A model generated the notes under the pieces. That model had not been told where the DNA came from. It did no database searches and worked only from the letters and a program-made list of their open reading frames with translations. Below are positions 39,488 to 48,613 of a stretch of DNA of 64,000 bases, piece after piece. The stretch comes from Vicinamibacteria bacterium (GTDB taxonomy: Bacteria; Acidobacteriota; Vicinamibacteria; Marinacidobacterales; Marinacidobacteraceae). The DNA lies in NCBI GenBank assembly GCA_963668695.2, contig CAXXLQ010000001.1, positions 32,001 through 96,000 on the forward strand, given 5' to 3'. Both the position numbers and the translations under genes were made by a program. Positions within the stretch are counted from its first letter, which is position 1. Each line of letters starts with the position of its first letter.

Positions 39488-41818
39488 TTGTTCCGCCCCG
39501 CATTCCGCTCTGTCCTCGCCGGCGCGGCCCTGATCGTTCCGGCCGTCGGTTGGACGCAGTCCGAGGAACTCGCTGACCGGCAGGACGCCCAGGGGTCGGA
39601 GCCGGCGCCCGCCTCCGTGGTGCGCGGCCCCGCGCCGCCCGACCTCCCCGAAATGGTCCGGCGCGACGAGGCCGGCGGCGCCACCATGCGCGCCACCCGC
39701 CTCGAGGGGCCCTTCGATCTCGACGGCCGTCTCGACGACGCCATCTACGACCGCGTGCCCGGCGTGGGCGGGTTCATCCAGGCCGTGCCCCTCGAAGGCG
39801 AGCCGGCGAGCGAGGCGACGGAAGTCTGGGTCTTCTACGACGACGACACCCTCTACGTCGCCGGCCGCTGCTGGGACAGCCAGCCGGACCGGATGGTGGC
39901 GAACGAGATGCGCCGGGACCACTTCGGCATCCACAACAACGAGAACCTGGCGGTCATCCTGGACACCTTCTACGACCGCCGGAACGCGTTCTTCTTCTAC
40001 CTGAATCCGATCGGCGGGTTCTTCGACGGCCTCATCACGAACGAGTTGAACGTGAACCGCGACTGGACCGCGGTCTGGGACTCGCGGGCGGCCCGGTTCG
40101 AAAACGGCTGGACGATGGAGATGGCGATCCCGTTCAAGACCCTGCGCTACGCCGGCGGCGGTCCCCAAGTCTGGGGGATCAACTTCCGCCGCATCGTGCG
40201 CTGGAAGAACGAGATGTCCTATCTGACCGGGGTTCCCGCCGCCCTCGGGCCCCGGGCGATCACCAAGATCAGCTCGGCGGGAACCCTGGTGGGGGTCGAA
40301 GCGCCGGCCAGTTCCCGTACTGTGGAAGTCAAGCCGTACCTTATCGGTGACGGCGCCGGTTCCCGCACCGGCAGCGGCTCGCTCGAAAGGGAGTACGGCG
40401 GCGACTACGGGGTGGATGCCAAGGTCGGGATCACCAGCGGGCTCACCGCCGACCTCACCTGGAACACCGATTTCGCCCAGGTGGAGGCGGATGCCCAGCA
40501 AATCAACCTCACCCGTTTCAGCCTCTTCTTCCCCGAAAAGCGGGAGTTCTTTCTGGAGGGGCAGGGGATCTTCAGCTTCGGCACCGCGTCGCGGGCGCCG
40601 CCGTCCGGATCCACGCGCTTCGGCCAGCCAAGCAGCACTCCGGTGCTCTTCTTCAGCCGTCAGGTCGGGATTGCCGGCGGCCAAGCAGTGCCGATCCTGG
40701 GTGGCGGGCGGGTGACCGGAAAGCTCGGCGACTACAGCGTCGGAGCGCTCGCGATCCGCAGCGGCGCGAGCAGCGTCGCGGGCGCCCCGGAGACCGATTT
40801 CTCGGTCCTGCGGCTGACGCGCGACATCCTGAACCGCAGCACGGTGGGCGTGATCGGGACCTACCGCTCAAACACCGCCAGCGGGCTGGGGCGGAACCTT
40901 GCCTGGGGGATGGACGCCCGGTTCGGATTCTTTGAGAATCTCGACATCCAGACCTACGCCGCCTGGACACAGAACGAACTCGAAGACAAGACCGGAATCA
41001 GCTATCTGGGCCAGCTCGACTACAACGGTGACCGGTACGGGCTCAAGGCCGAACGGCTCGCGGTCGGGGACGGATTCGATCCCGGGATCGGGTTCCTGCG
41101 CCGCCGGGACTTCCGGCGCAACTACGCCGAGGCCCGCTTCAGCCCCCGGCCGCACTCGATCTCCTGGCTCCGCAAGATCGGCTGGACCGGCAGCATCGAC
41201 TACACCACCGATAACGTAGGGAATCTCGAGACCCGGATCTTCTCGTTGCGCACCAACGTCGAACTCGAAAACGGGGACCGGTTGAATCTGAACGCCGCCC
41301 GGAACCGGGAGGTCCTGAGCGAAGAGTTCCTGCTGGATGCGGACGAAGGGATCGGCGTGGGGGTGGGCGCCTACGACTTCGACCACGTCCGCGTCAGCTA
41401 CCAGGCGGGGCCGCAGCGCCGGATCTCGGGGAACTTCGCCTATCAGCAGGGGGGCTTCTTCTCCGGGACCCGCCGGGAGGCGGCGTGGCGCGGACGCGTG
41501 GAACTCACGACGCGCTTCTCCCTCGAGCCCGCCGTTTCGCTGAACCGGATCGCGCTCCCGACGGGCGACTACAACACCGGCCTGCTCGCGTCCCGGATCA
41601 ACTACACGCTCTCGCCCCGCAGCTTCCTCGCGGCTTATTTCCAGTACAACACCGCCGCGAACAGCCTCTCGACGAACATCCGTTTCCGCTGGGAGTACGA
41701 GCCGGGGAGCGACTTCTTCGTCGTCTACAACTCGCTGCGGGACACGCTCGTGCCCGGGTATCCCGAGTTGAACACGCAGTCACTCATCGCCAAGTTCACG
41801 CGGCTCTTCCGGTTCTGA
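39488..41818 (+). CDS. CBM9-like/DUF5916-type outer-membrane protein, paralog 6 (subfamily B)
   Basis: TTG 39488 is homologous to the TTG starts of paralogs 5 and 7; same motifs. Confidence 0.85.
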   Translation: MFRPAFRSVLAGAALIVPAVGWTQSEELADRQDAQGSEPAPASVVRGPAPPDLPEMVRRDEAGGATMRATRLEGPFDLDGRLDDAIYDRVPGVGGFIQAVPLEGEPASEATEVWVFYDDDTLYVAGRCWDSQPDRMVANEMRRDHFGIHNNENLAVILDTFYDRRNAFFFYLNPIGGFFDGLITNELNVNRDWTAVWDSRAARFENGWTMEMAIPFKTLRYAGGGPQVWGINFRRIVRWKNEMSYLTGVPAALGPRAITKISSAGTLVGVEAPASSRTVEVKPYLIGDGAGSRTGSGSLEREYGGDYGVDAKVGITSGLTADLTWNTDFAQVEADAQQINLTRFSLFFPEKREFFLEGQGIFSFGTASRAPPSGSTRFGQPSSTPVLFFSRQVGIAGGQAVPILGGGRVTGKLGDYSVGALAIRSGASSVAGAPETDFSVLRLTRDILNRSTVGVIGTYRSNTASGLGRNLAWGMDARFGFFENLDIQTYAAWTQNELEDKTGISYLGQLDYNGDRYGLKAERLAVGDGFDPGIGFLRRRDFRRNYAEARFSPRPHSISWLRKIGWTGSIDYTTDNVGNLETRIFSLRTNVELENGDRLNLNAARNREVLSEEFLLDADEGIGVGVGAYDFDHVRVSYQAGPQRRISGNFAYQQGGFFSGTRREAAWRGRVELTTRFSLEPAVSLNRIALPTGDYNTGLLASRINYTLSPRSFLAAYFQYNTAANSLSTNIRFRWEYEPGSDFFVVYNSLRDTLVPGYPELNTQSLIAKFTRLFRF

Positions 41819-41870
41819 AGGGCGCCGCGAAACCGCGCGTCGCCGGTGGAGAGAAAGCGCGGGGACGGCC

Positions 41871-42081
41871 GGGAACGCCGGTCTTCAGACCGGCACAGCG
41901 GCCCCGAGGGCCGCGGCGGTGAGGAAGCCAACCGTTGAAGTGGTTCCCGTCTCGGCACGTACCCCCAACAGTTAAGACGACCTGGCAAGACGGCCTGGCA
42001 GGCACGGGAGCCCCCACCGGGAGGACTGGGCCGACCTCCGGCCGGTTCTCCCGGTGCTCACGCCACTTTGTCCACAGGCCG
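41871..42081. repeat. Degenerate relative of the 31755-32183 element
   Basis: REP palindrome + GCGGCCC..GGGCCGC hairpin + CCCCCACCGGGAGGACTGGG + right-end-like ACTTTGTCCACAGGCCG; left end not recognised. Confidence 0.55.
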
Positions 42082-42129
42082 CTGACGCGGATCCCGGCGT
42101 AGAGTTCCGCGACCTTCCGATTTCCCGTC

Positions 42130-44457
42130 TTGGCCCGCTACGCGTTCCGTCTTCTCCTCGCCGGCACTGCTCTGATCGTTCCGGCCTCGGGGTGGGGGCA
42201 GTCTGGAGAACTCGCGGAACGCCCGGACGGTCAGGGCTCGGCGCCGGAGCCGGCCTTCGTGGTGCGGGGTCCCGCGCCTCCCGACCTGCCCGAGATGGTG
42301 CGCCGCGACGACGCCGGCGGCGCCACCATGCGCGCCACCCGCCTGACGGAACCGCTCGAATTCGACGGCCGCCTCGACGATGCCATCTACGAACGCGTTC
42401 CGGGCGTCAGCGGCTTTATCCAGGCGCTCCCCCTTGAAGGCGAACCCGCCACCGAAGACACCGAGGTGTGGGTGTTTTTCGACGACGAAGCCGTTTACGT
42501 GGCCGGGAGGAACTGGGACAGCCAACCTGACCGGATGGTGGCCACCGAGATGCGGCGCGACAACTTCGGCATCTTCAACAACGAAAACCTCGCGGTCATT
42601 CTCGACACCTTCTACGATCGCCGGAACGCCTTCTTCTTCTACATGAATCCCATCGGGGGCTTCTTCGACGGCCTCATCGTGGACGAGCGGAGCGTGAACC
42701 GCGACTGGACCGCGGTCTGGGACTCGCGGGCGGCCCGGTTCGAAAACGGCTGGACGATGGAGATGCGAATCCCTTTCAAGACCCTGCGCTACGTCCGGGG
42801 CGGCCCGCAGGTCTGGGGCATCAACTTCCGCCGGGTGGTTCGCTGGAAGAACGAAATGTCGTACCTGACGCAGGTCCCGGCGGCGCTCGGGCCGCGCGGC
42901 ATCACCAAGATCAGCTCGGCGGGCACCCTGGTGGGACTCGAAGCGCCGGCGAGCTCCCGGACGATTGAGGTGAAGCCGTACCTCATTGGGGACGCCGCCG
43001 GCGCCCGGATCGAGAGCGGCGCCCTCGACCGGGATTTCGGGGGCGATTTCGGGTTGGACGCGAAGGTCGGCATCACCAGCGGGCTCACCGCGGATCTGAC
43101 CTACAACACCGACTTCGCCCAGGTCGAAGCCGACGCCCAGCAGATCAACCTCACCCGGTTCAGCCTTTTCTTCCCCGAAAAACGCGAGTTCTTCCTCGAA
43201 GGGCAGGGAATCTTCGATTTCGGCACCTCAAGCCGCGGTGCGCCGCCGGGGTCGACGCGCAGCTTCGGGCCGCCGAGCAGCACGCCGGTGCTGTTCTTCA
43301 GCCGCCGGATCGGCATCGAGGCCGGGCAGGCGGTGCCCATCACGGGCGGCGCCCGGGTCACCGGGAAGCTCGGCGACTACAACGTGGGGGCGATTGCCAT
43401 CCGCAGCGGCGAGAGCACCGCCGCCGGGTCTCCGGAAACTGATTTTTCGGTGTTCCGGTTGAAGCGGGACATCCTGAACCGCAGCACGGTCGGCGTGATG
43501 GGGACGTACCGCTCGCACACCGCGAGTGGCCTGGGACAGAACTTCGCCTACGGGATGGATGCCGGGTTTGGCTTCTTCGAACATCTGGACATCCGCAGCT
43601 ACGCGGCCTGGACGCAGAACGAACTCGAGGACGAGACCGGGCTGAGCTATCTCGGCCAGGTGGACTACAACGGCGACCGCTACGGGCTCCAGGCCGAGCG
43701 CCTGGTGGTCGGGGACGAATTCGATCCGGGGATCGGGTTCATACGCCGCCTGGACTTCCAGCGGAACTACGCCGAGGCCCGGTTCAGTCCCCGGCCGCAT
43801 TCGATCTCCTGGCTCCGCAAGGTGGGCTGGACCGGCAGCGTGGACTACACGACGGATAACGAGGGGGTGCTCGAGACCCGGATTTTCGGCTTCCGCTACG
43901 ACATGGAGTTCGAGAACGGGGACAACTTCAACCTGAATGCGACGCGGAACCGCGAGGTGCTGAGCGAATCGTTTTCCCTGAGCGACGACCTCGGCGTGGC
44001 GCCCGGGACCTACGACTTCGACTACGTGCGGCTCAGCTACCAGGCCGGCCCGCAGCGCCCCATCTCGGGCAACTTCGCCTACCAGCAGGGCGGATTCTTT
44101 TCCGGGACCCGCCGGGAGGCTGCCTGGCGCGGCCGGGTCGAAGTCATGCCTCGCGTGACGGTCGAGCCCTTGGTTTCCCTGAACTGGATCTCACTTCCCG
44201 AGGGGAACTACGACACCAACCTGCTCGCGTCCCGGATCAACTACACCCTCTCTCCCCGGAGCTTCCTCGCGGCGTTCCTCCAGTACAACACCGCCGCGAA
44301 CAGCCTTTCGACGAACGTTCGCTTCCGCTGGGAATACGAGCCGGGGAGTGACCTCTACGTCGTCTACAACTCGCTCCGCGACACCCTGGCGCCCGGCTAC
44401 CCGGAACTGAACGCCCAGTCGTTCATCGTCAAGTTCACCCGGCTATTCCGGTTCTGA
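42130..44457 (+). CDS. CBM9-like/DUF5916-type outer-membrane protein, paralog 7 (subfamily B)
   Basis: 775 aa, TTG start, same motifs. Confidence 0.85.
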   Translation: MARYAFRLLLAGTALIVPASGWGQSGELAERPDGQGSAPEPAFVVRGPAPPDLPEMVRRDDAGGATMRATRLTEPLEFDGRLDDAIYERVPGVSGFIQALPLEGEPATEDTEVWVFFDDEAVYVAGRNWDSQPDRMVATEMRRDNFGIFNNENLAVILDTFYDRRNAFFFYMNPIGGFFDGLIVDERSVNRDWTAVWDSRAARFENGWTMEMRIPFKTLRYVRGGPQVWGINFRRVVRWKNEMSYLTQVPAALGPRGITKISSAGTLVGLEAPASSRTIEVKPYLIGDAAGARIESGALDRDFGGDFGLDAKVGITSGLTADLTYNTDFAQVEADAQQINLTRFSLFFPEKREFFLEGQGIFDFGTSSRGAPPGSTRSFGPPSSTPVLFFSRRIGIEAGQAVPITGGARVTGKLGDYNVGAIAIRSGESTAAGSPETDFSVFRLKRDILNRSTVGVMGTYRSHTASGLGQNFAYGMDAGFGFFEHLDIRSYAAWTQNELEDETGLSYLGQVDYNGDRYGLQAERLVVGDEFDPGIGFIRRLDFQRNYAEARFSPRPHSISWLRKVGWTGSVDYTTDNEGVLETRIFGFRYDMEFENGDNFNLNATRNREVLSESFSLSDDLGVAPGTYDFDYVRLSYQAGPQRPISGNFAYQQGGFFSGTRREAAWRGRVEVMPRVTVEPLVSLNWISLPEGNYDTNLLASRINYTLSPRSFLAAFLQYNTAANSLSTNVRFRWEYEPGSDLYVVYNSLRDTLAPGYPELNAQSFIVKFTRLFRF

Positions 44458-44486
44458 CGCGGCTGGTCCGGTTCTGACGCGGCTGG
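44447..44486. repeat. Perfect 20-bp tandem duplication spanning the paralog 7 stop codon
   Basis: TCCGGTTCTGACGCGGCTGG x2. Confidence 0.9.
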
Positions 44487-44492
44487 CGCGGA

Positions 44493-44906
44493 TCAGGCGC
44501 CCGCGAACGGATTGACCACCCGGACGCCGTCGTAGTCCTGTCCGGGGTTCAGGTCCTCGGTGTACACCGTCCGGCACCCGGCAGCGCGCGCCGCTGCGAG
44601 GATGGCGGCATCCCAGTAGGCAACGCGAAACCGTTCCGTGAGATCGAGGGCGTCATGGATCACTCCCAGGGTGAGCGGCTGCACCGGGAAACGTTCGAGG
44701 CTTCGGACGAAGGCCACGGCTTCCTCGTGGCTGAGGTTCCACGGCCTCGTCGGGCGCGTTGCCTGCCAATAGAACTCCTGAAACACCTGGACCGAAAAGG
44801 CGAGATCGGTTGCATCGAGAAGCTCCAGCGCGCGCCTTTTCTTTCCCGTTTCTTCAGCGACGGGGCTGATTGCGTAGAGCAGAATGTTCGTGTCAACGAA
44901 GCGCAT
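44493..44906 (-). CDS. vapC: VapC-like PIN-domain toxin
   Basis: 'MRFVDTNILLY', 'QVFQEF', 'YWDAAILAAA', 'YTEDL', 'VVNPF'. Confidence 0.9.
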   Translation of the reverse strand: MRFVDTNILLYAISPVAEETGKKRRALELLDATDLAFSVQVFQEFYWQATRPTRPWNLSHEEAVAFVRSLERFPVQPLTLGVIHDALDLTERFRVAYWDAAILAAARAAGCRTVYTEDLNPGQDYDGVRVVNPFAGA

Positions 44907-45195
44907 CGCGCCTCAGGTGTTCTTTGTGCTCCCGACGAAGGGCGTCTCGGTCGTAGAGGGCTTCCCGAGGGAGCCTGTCGGCGGGCTTCAGCCCGCCACC
45001 GCGCGCGCGTATGGCCTCCAGCACTTCGTCCTGAAGCCGCCGCAAACGCTGGAAGCGCTCCTCGGAAGTCCGTGATTGGGCAATGATCTTCAAACACTCC
45101 CGCGTCAGAGCGGAGACCGAGGTTCCCGCCTCTGCCGCCCGGATGCGCGCCATCCGGTGGGTCTCCTCGTCCACGGATACAGTGATGTTCCTCAT
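44893..45195 (-). CDS. RHH-type antitoxin (VapB-like)
   Basis: 'MRNITVSVDEETHRMARIRAAEAGTSVSAL'; overlaps the toxin start. Confidence 0.85.
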   Translation of the reverse strand: MRNITVSVDEETHRMARIRAAEAGTSVSALTRECLKIIAQSRTSEERFQRLRRLQDEVLEAIRARGGGLKPADRLPREALYDRDALRREHKEHLRRDALR

Positions 45196-45199
45196 GGGC

Positions 45200-45231
45200 A
45201 CAGTCTAACAGTTTCACAGTCTCACAGTCCC
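45200..45231 (-). promoter_or_regulatory. TA promoter/operator with four 8-bp direct repeats
   Basis: Minus strand GGGACTGT GAGACTGT GAAACTGT TAGACTGT; the last unit contains the -10-like TAGACT just before the start. Confidence 0.6.
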
Positions 45232-45277
45232 CACCAGGATCCGGTGCGGGAGGGGGCGCGGCCGCGCGGCCGGCGGT

Positions 45278-45835
45278 TTACCAGACGGAAACGTCCACCC
45301 GCGTATCTCCGTCCCGGACCTCGATTTCGGTACCGCGCAGCACCGGGATCAGCGAGCGCGCAATCCGGCCAGGGCTGCAACGGAACGAGGTCTCTCGTTC
45401 CTCGCAGGCGTCGTGAACCGCCTCGGAAAGCGCGCGGAGCGGCGTCCTGACGAAGATGCGGACGCCGTCACCTTCCCGCACCCGGATCACGAGGTCTCCG
45501 CCCTCCTTGGCGATGAACACCTCGTTGTCCGGCTCGGTGACTCTCACGAGCACGGCGTCCTCGGCCTCCTCGAGGGCTCCAAGGAACCCACCGAGGGCGG
45601 AGAGCGCCGGACCGCCGAACTCGTCCATTTCTTCGTGCATCGCATCGTCCATCAGGTGGTCCGGCACGAAATGGAGCGCGGCGAGCGGGAGCATCAGCGG
45701 CACCGGCACCACGAAGTTCGGCCCTCCCTCGGCGACTACCGACACGACAGCGACGCCGCAGGCGGAAATGCAGGCGCCGAACAGCAGCGCGGAGATCAGC
45801 GCCGCCGCCAGCAGGATCCCAAGCAGTCGGAACAT
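45278..45835 (-). CDS. Hypothetical membrane-anchored protein
   Basis: 185 aa, hydrophobic N-terminus; co-oriented 6 bp after 45842-46414. Confidence 0.65.
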   Translation of the reverse strand: MFRLLGILLAAALISALLFGACISACGVAVVSVVAEGGPNFVVPVPLMLPLAALHFVPDHLMDDAMHEEMDEFGGPALSALGGFLGALEEAEDAVLVRVTEPDNEVFIAKEGGDLVIRVREGDGVRIFVRTPLRALSEAVHDACEERETSFRCSPGRIARSLIPVLRGTEIEVRDGDTRVDVSVW

Positions 45836-45841
45836 GGCCGG

Positions 45842-46414
45842 TTACCGGGGTTCGATCCAGACGCGGACCTTGCCGTCGTCGCCGTCCACGGAGATGAGGA
45901 CATCCTCATGGTTCGCGAGACTGCGGATCGCCGCTCCGAGGTCGGGTTTCTCCCCGCCTTCGCCAAAGAGCGCGTCTCCGAACGCGACCGGAAAGCGGAT
46001 GTCGAGGGATCCATCGTCGCCCGAGCCCTCGATCCGGATTTCCTTGCCGTCCATCCGCGCGCGCAGGTTGCTCCCGTCCTCTTCATCGATGCTCACCCAG
46101 GCCCCCGGGTTCTCCCGAAGCGAGTTCCAAAACGCCCGGAGGTCTTCCGGGGCGATGTCGTTCCCCGCTTCGTGTTCCCACTCCTCGGCCATCTCATTGA
46201 GGAGGTGTTCGCCGAGGGAACCGCCCAGGGCCTCGATGGCGGCGAGCGGCAGGTTCACCTCGACCTTGGTGCCGTCGTCATCGCCCTCCACCTGGACGTG
46301 AAGCCAGGGTTTCTCCTGCCCCAGCGCGGGCAAAGCGGCAAGGGTGAGGATCAGCGCCAGCGGGATCGCCGCGGCGGCACGGGAAAGGGGTGGGATGTCT
46401 CGCAGTCTCATCAT
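45842..46414 (-). CDS. Hypothetical secreted protein
   Basis: Signal peptide '...LALILTLAALPALG|QE'; 'WLHVQV...KVEVNLPL', ends 'KVRVWIE'. Confidence 0.7.
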   Translation of the reverse strand: MMRLRDIPPLSRAAAAIPLALILTLAALPALGQEKPWLHVQVEGDDDGTKVEVNLPLAAIEALGGSLGEHLLNEMAEEWEHEAGNDIAPEDLRAFWNSLRENPGAWVSIDEEDGSNLRARMDGKEIRIEGSGDDGSLDIRFPVAFGDALFGEGGEKPDLGAAIRSLANHEDVLISVDGDDGKVRVWIEPR

Positions 46415-46477
46415 GTCCACCCAAACGAAGACGACGGGCCATCGGTTCCTGCCAAAGAGGATGGAATACTCGCGATC

Positions 46478-47308
46478 ATGACGCCCGCGAACCCGCGCCG
46501 CCGCTCGCTCCTCTACGTCCCCGGTTCCAGCGAGCGGATGATCGCGAAGGCCGCCACCCGCGGCGCCGACATTCTCATACTCGACCTCGAGGACGGCGTC
46601 CACCTGTCCCAAAAGGACGCGGCGCGTGAGCGGCTCCGGGAGTCACGGGCCGCGGCGGCGGCCGCCGGCGCGCTGGTCGCTCTCCGGATCAACCCCCCGG
46701 CCGGCGCCTTCGGACCCGCCGATCTCGAAGCCGCCGCGGACGTCGGCTTCGACGCCGTGCTCCTCCCCAAAGCGGAGACGGCCGAAGCCGCCTCCGAAGC
46801 GCGCCGAGTTCTCGGAGAAGCGGTGCCGCTCTGGCTCATGATCGAGACTGCCATCGGCGCCGCGGCGGTTTTCGAACTCGCCCGGCTACCCGGGGTGGAT
46901 GGACTGGTGTTCGGGTCGGCCGACTACCGGCTGAGCATGGGGGCCCGCATGCGGCACGATGAATCGGAACTCGATTTCGTCCGTCAGCGGATCCTGCTCG
47001 CCGCCCGGGCCGCAGGGGTCTGCGCTTGGGACGCTCCCTGGTTCGCCTTCCGCGACCTCGACGGGTTGTACCGGAGCGCTCGGCGCGCCGCGGAGTCAGG
47101 GTTCGACGGCAAATCCGCGGTCCACCCGCAACAAATCCCCGTTATCCACCAGGCCTTCGAGCCCACCCCGGCGGAGCGCGCCTGGGCGGAACGGGTCGTT
47201 CGGACCATGGAGGAAGCGGGAGCCCGCGGCGTCGCGGTCGTCGACCTCGACGGCGAACTGCTCGAGGAGCTCCACCTCCGCCAGGCGAGGCGCCTCCTCG
47301 CGCGGTAG
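46478..47308 (+). CDS. CitE-family CoA ester lyase (HpcH/HpaI aldolase/citrate lyase)
   Basis: 'RRSLLYVPG', 'ILDLEDGV', 'LLPK', 'MIET', 'GSAD', 'GFDGKSAVHPQQI'. Confidence 0.9.
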   Translation: MTPANPRRRSLLYVPGSSERMIAKAATRGADILILDLEDGVHLSQKDAARERLRESRAAAAAAGALVALRINPPAGAFGPADLEAAADVGFDAVLLPKAETAEAASEARRVLGEAVPLWLMIETAIGAAAVFELARLPGVDGLVFGSADYRLSMGARMRHDESELDFVRQRILLAARAAGVCAWDAPWFAFRDLDGLYRSARRAAESGFDGKSAVHPQQIPVIHQAFEPTPAERAWAERVVRTMEEAGARGVAVVDLDGELLEELHLRQARRLLAR

Positions 47309-47309
47309 T

Positions 47310-48560
47310 TCAGCGCGTCACCGCTGACGTTCCGGAGCCGGATGATTGCGGCATCGGTTTTTCGACCGCGAACGTGCAGCCTTCCCACCGCGCTACGACG
47401 GCTGGCGCGGCGCAGTGGCTCGCGACGTTCACGCTCGTCCGGATCGGATCAATCAGCGCGTCGATCCCGAGCAGGATGCCCAGTCCCTCCATTGGCAGGC
47501 CATGCCCCTCGAACACGGCCGCGAGGACCACGAAGTTGGCGCGCGGAACGCCCGCCACACCCTTGCTCGTCACCTTCAGCGTCAGCAGGATGACCGCCTG
47601 CTGCTCCCACGAGAGTTCGATCCCGGCCGCCTGCGCGATGAACAGGGTTGCCATCCCCAGGTGAATCGTGCTGCCGTTCAGATTCAGGCTCAGGCTCAGC
47701 GGCGTTACCACTCCGAGGATGCGTCGCGGCACCCCGAATCGCTGCAGGTTCTCGAGCGTCTGGGGCAAGGCGGCGGCGCTCGATGTAGTCGCGAAGCCCA
47801 CGAGGAACGGCTCGCGTGCGAAATGCGCGAACCTCCGCATCGGAATGCCGCACAGAAACAGCCCTGCCGCCAGCACTGCCCCGAGGAAGAATCCCTGCGC
47901 AAGCCAGGCGAGGGCCGCGAACTCGGCCAGGCCCTCCAGGGCGGCGGAACCGCCTCCGGAGACCGCGTTGGCGGCGGCTGCAAACACTGCCAGGGGCGCC
48001 AGGTACATGACGTAGTCGGTGTAGCGGAACGCGACTTCCGCAAGCGCGTCGGCGAAAGCCACTACCGGCCGAGCCCGGCTGCCGACGGAGAGGCACGCAA
48101 TCCCGAACACGAAGCAGAACACGACAATCTGCAGCACGTCGCCCCTTGCCAGGGCGTCCACGATGCTCGTCGGAACGGCGCTCTCAAGCGCTTCGACGAA
48201 GCCGGCGGTTTCCGGGAGTTCCATGCCGGGTGCCGCACCCAGGGACAGGCTGTCGCCCGGCCTGGCCAGCATCACACTGAACCAGCCGAGCAGCAGAGCG
48301 ATGGTCGTGGCGAATTCGAAGCAGACCACCGACTTCCAACCCAGCCGCCCCAGCGCGCCCATGGACCCGGCGCCGGCGATCGCCCGGATCAACACGCCCA
48401 CCAGCACGGGGGCGATGATCGACCGGATCAGCCGCAGGAACAGGGTGCTCAGGAACTCGATCCGCTCGGCCCAGTGCGGTGCCGAGAGGCCGAGGCACAC
48501 GCCCGCAACCATCCCGACGAGGATCCACCAGGCAAGCGAGACTCTGGGGAGGCGGGGCAC
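47310..48560 (-). CDS. Dicarboxylate/amino acid:cation symporter (DAACS; GltP/DctA family)
   Basis: 'FATTSSAAALP', 'SLNLNG', 'TSKGVAGVP', 'RTSVNV'. Confidence 0.92.
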   Translation of the reverse strand: MPRLPRVSLAWWILVGMVAGVCLGLSAPHWAERIEFLSTLFLRLIRSIIAPVLVGVLIRAIAGAGSMGALGRLGWKSVVCFEFATTIALLLGWFSVMLARPGDSLSLGAAPGMELPETAGFVEALESAVPTSIVDALARGDVLQIVVFCFVFGIACLSVGSRARPVVAFADALAEVAFRYTDYVMYLAPLAVFAAAANAVSGGGSAALEGLAEFAALAWLAQGFFLGAVLAAGLFLCGIPMRRFAHFAREPFLVGFATTSSAAALPQTLENLQRFGVPRRILGVVTPLSLSLNLNGSTIHLGMATLFIAQAAGIELSWEQQAVILLTLKVTSKGVAGVPRANFVVLAAVFEGHGLPMEGLGILLGIDALIDPIRTSVNVASHCAAPAVVARWEGCTFAVEKPMPQSSGSGTSAVTR

Positions 48561-48613
48561 CGAAGCGAGACGGGCGTTCCAGCCTACCAGCGGTGACTCC
48601 CCGGTGGCCCTAG

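Noticed and set aside
26659-43800. Long minus-strand ORFs opposite the array (e.g. 34583-37381, 37080-39503)
   Set aside because: Antisense shadows of the seven real genes.
26689-44457. Diversity-generating retroelement or invertase shufflon acting on the array
   Set aside because: No reverse transcriptase, no adenine-specific TR/VR pair noticed, all genes are full-length and co-oriented, and no inverted recombination sites were seen.
45413-46477. 631-aa fusion ORF upstream of the CitE-like lyase
   Set aside because: The extension is antisense to two plausible minus-strand genes; lyase motifs begin at 46478.
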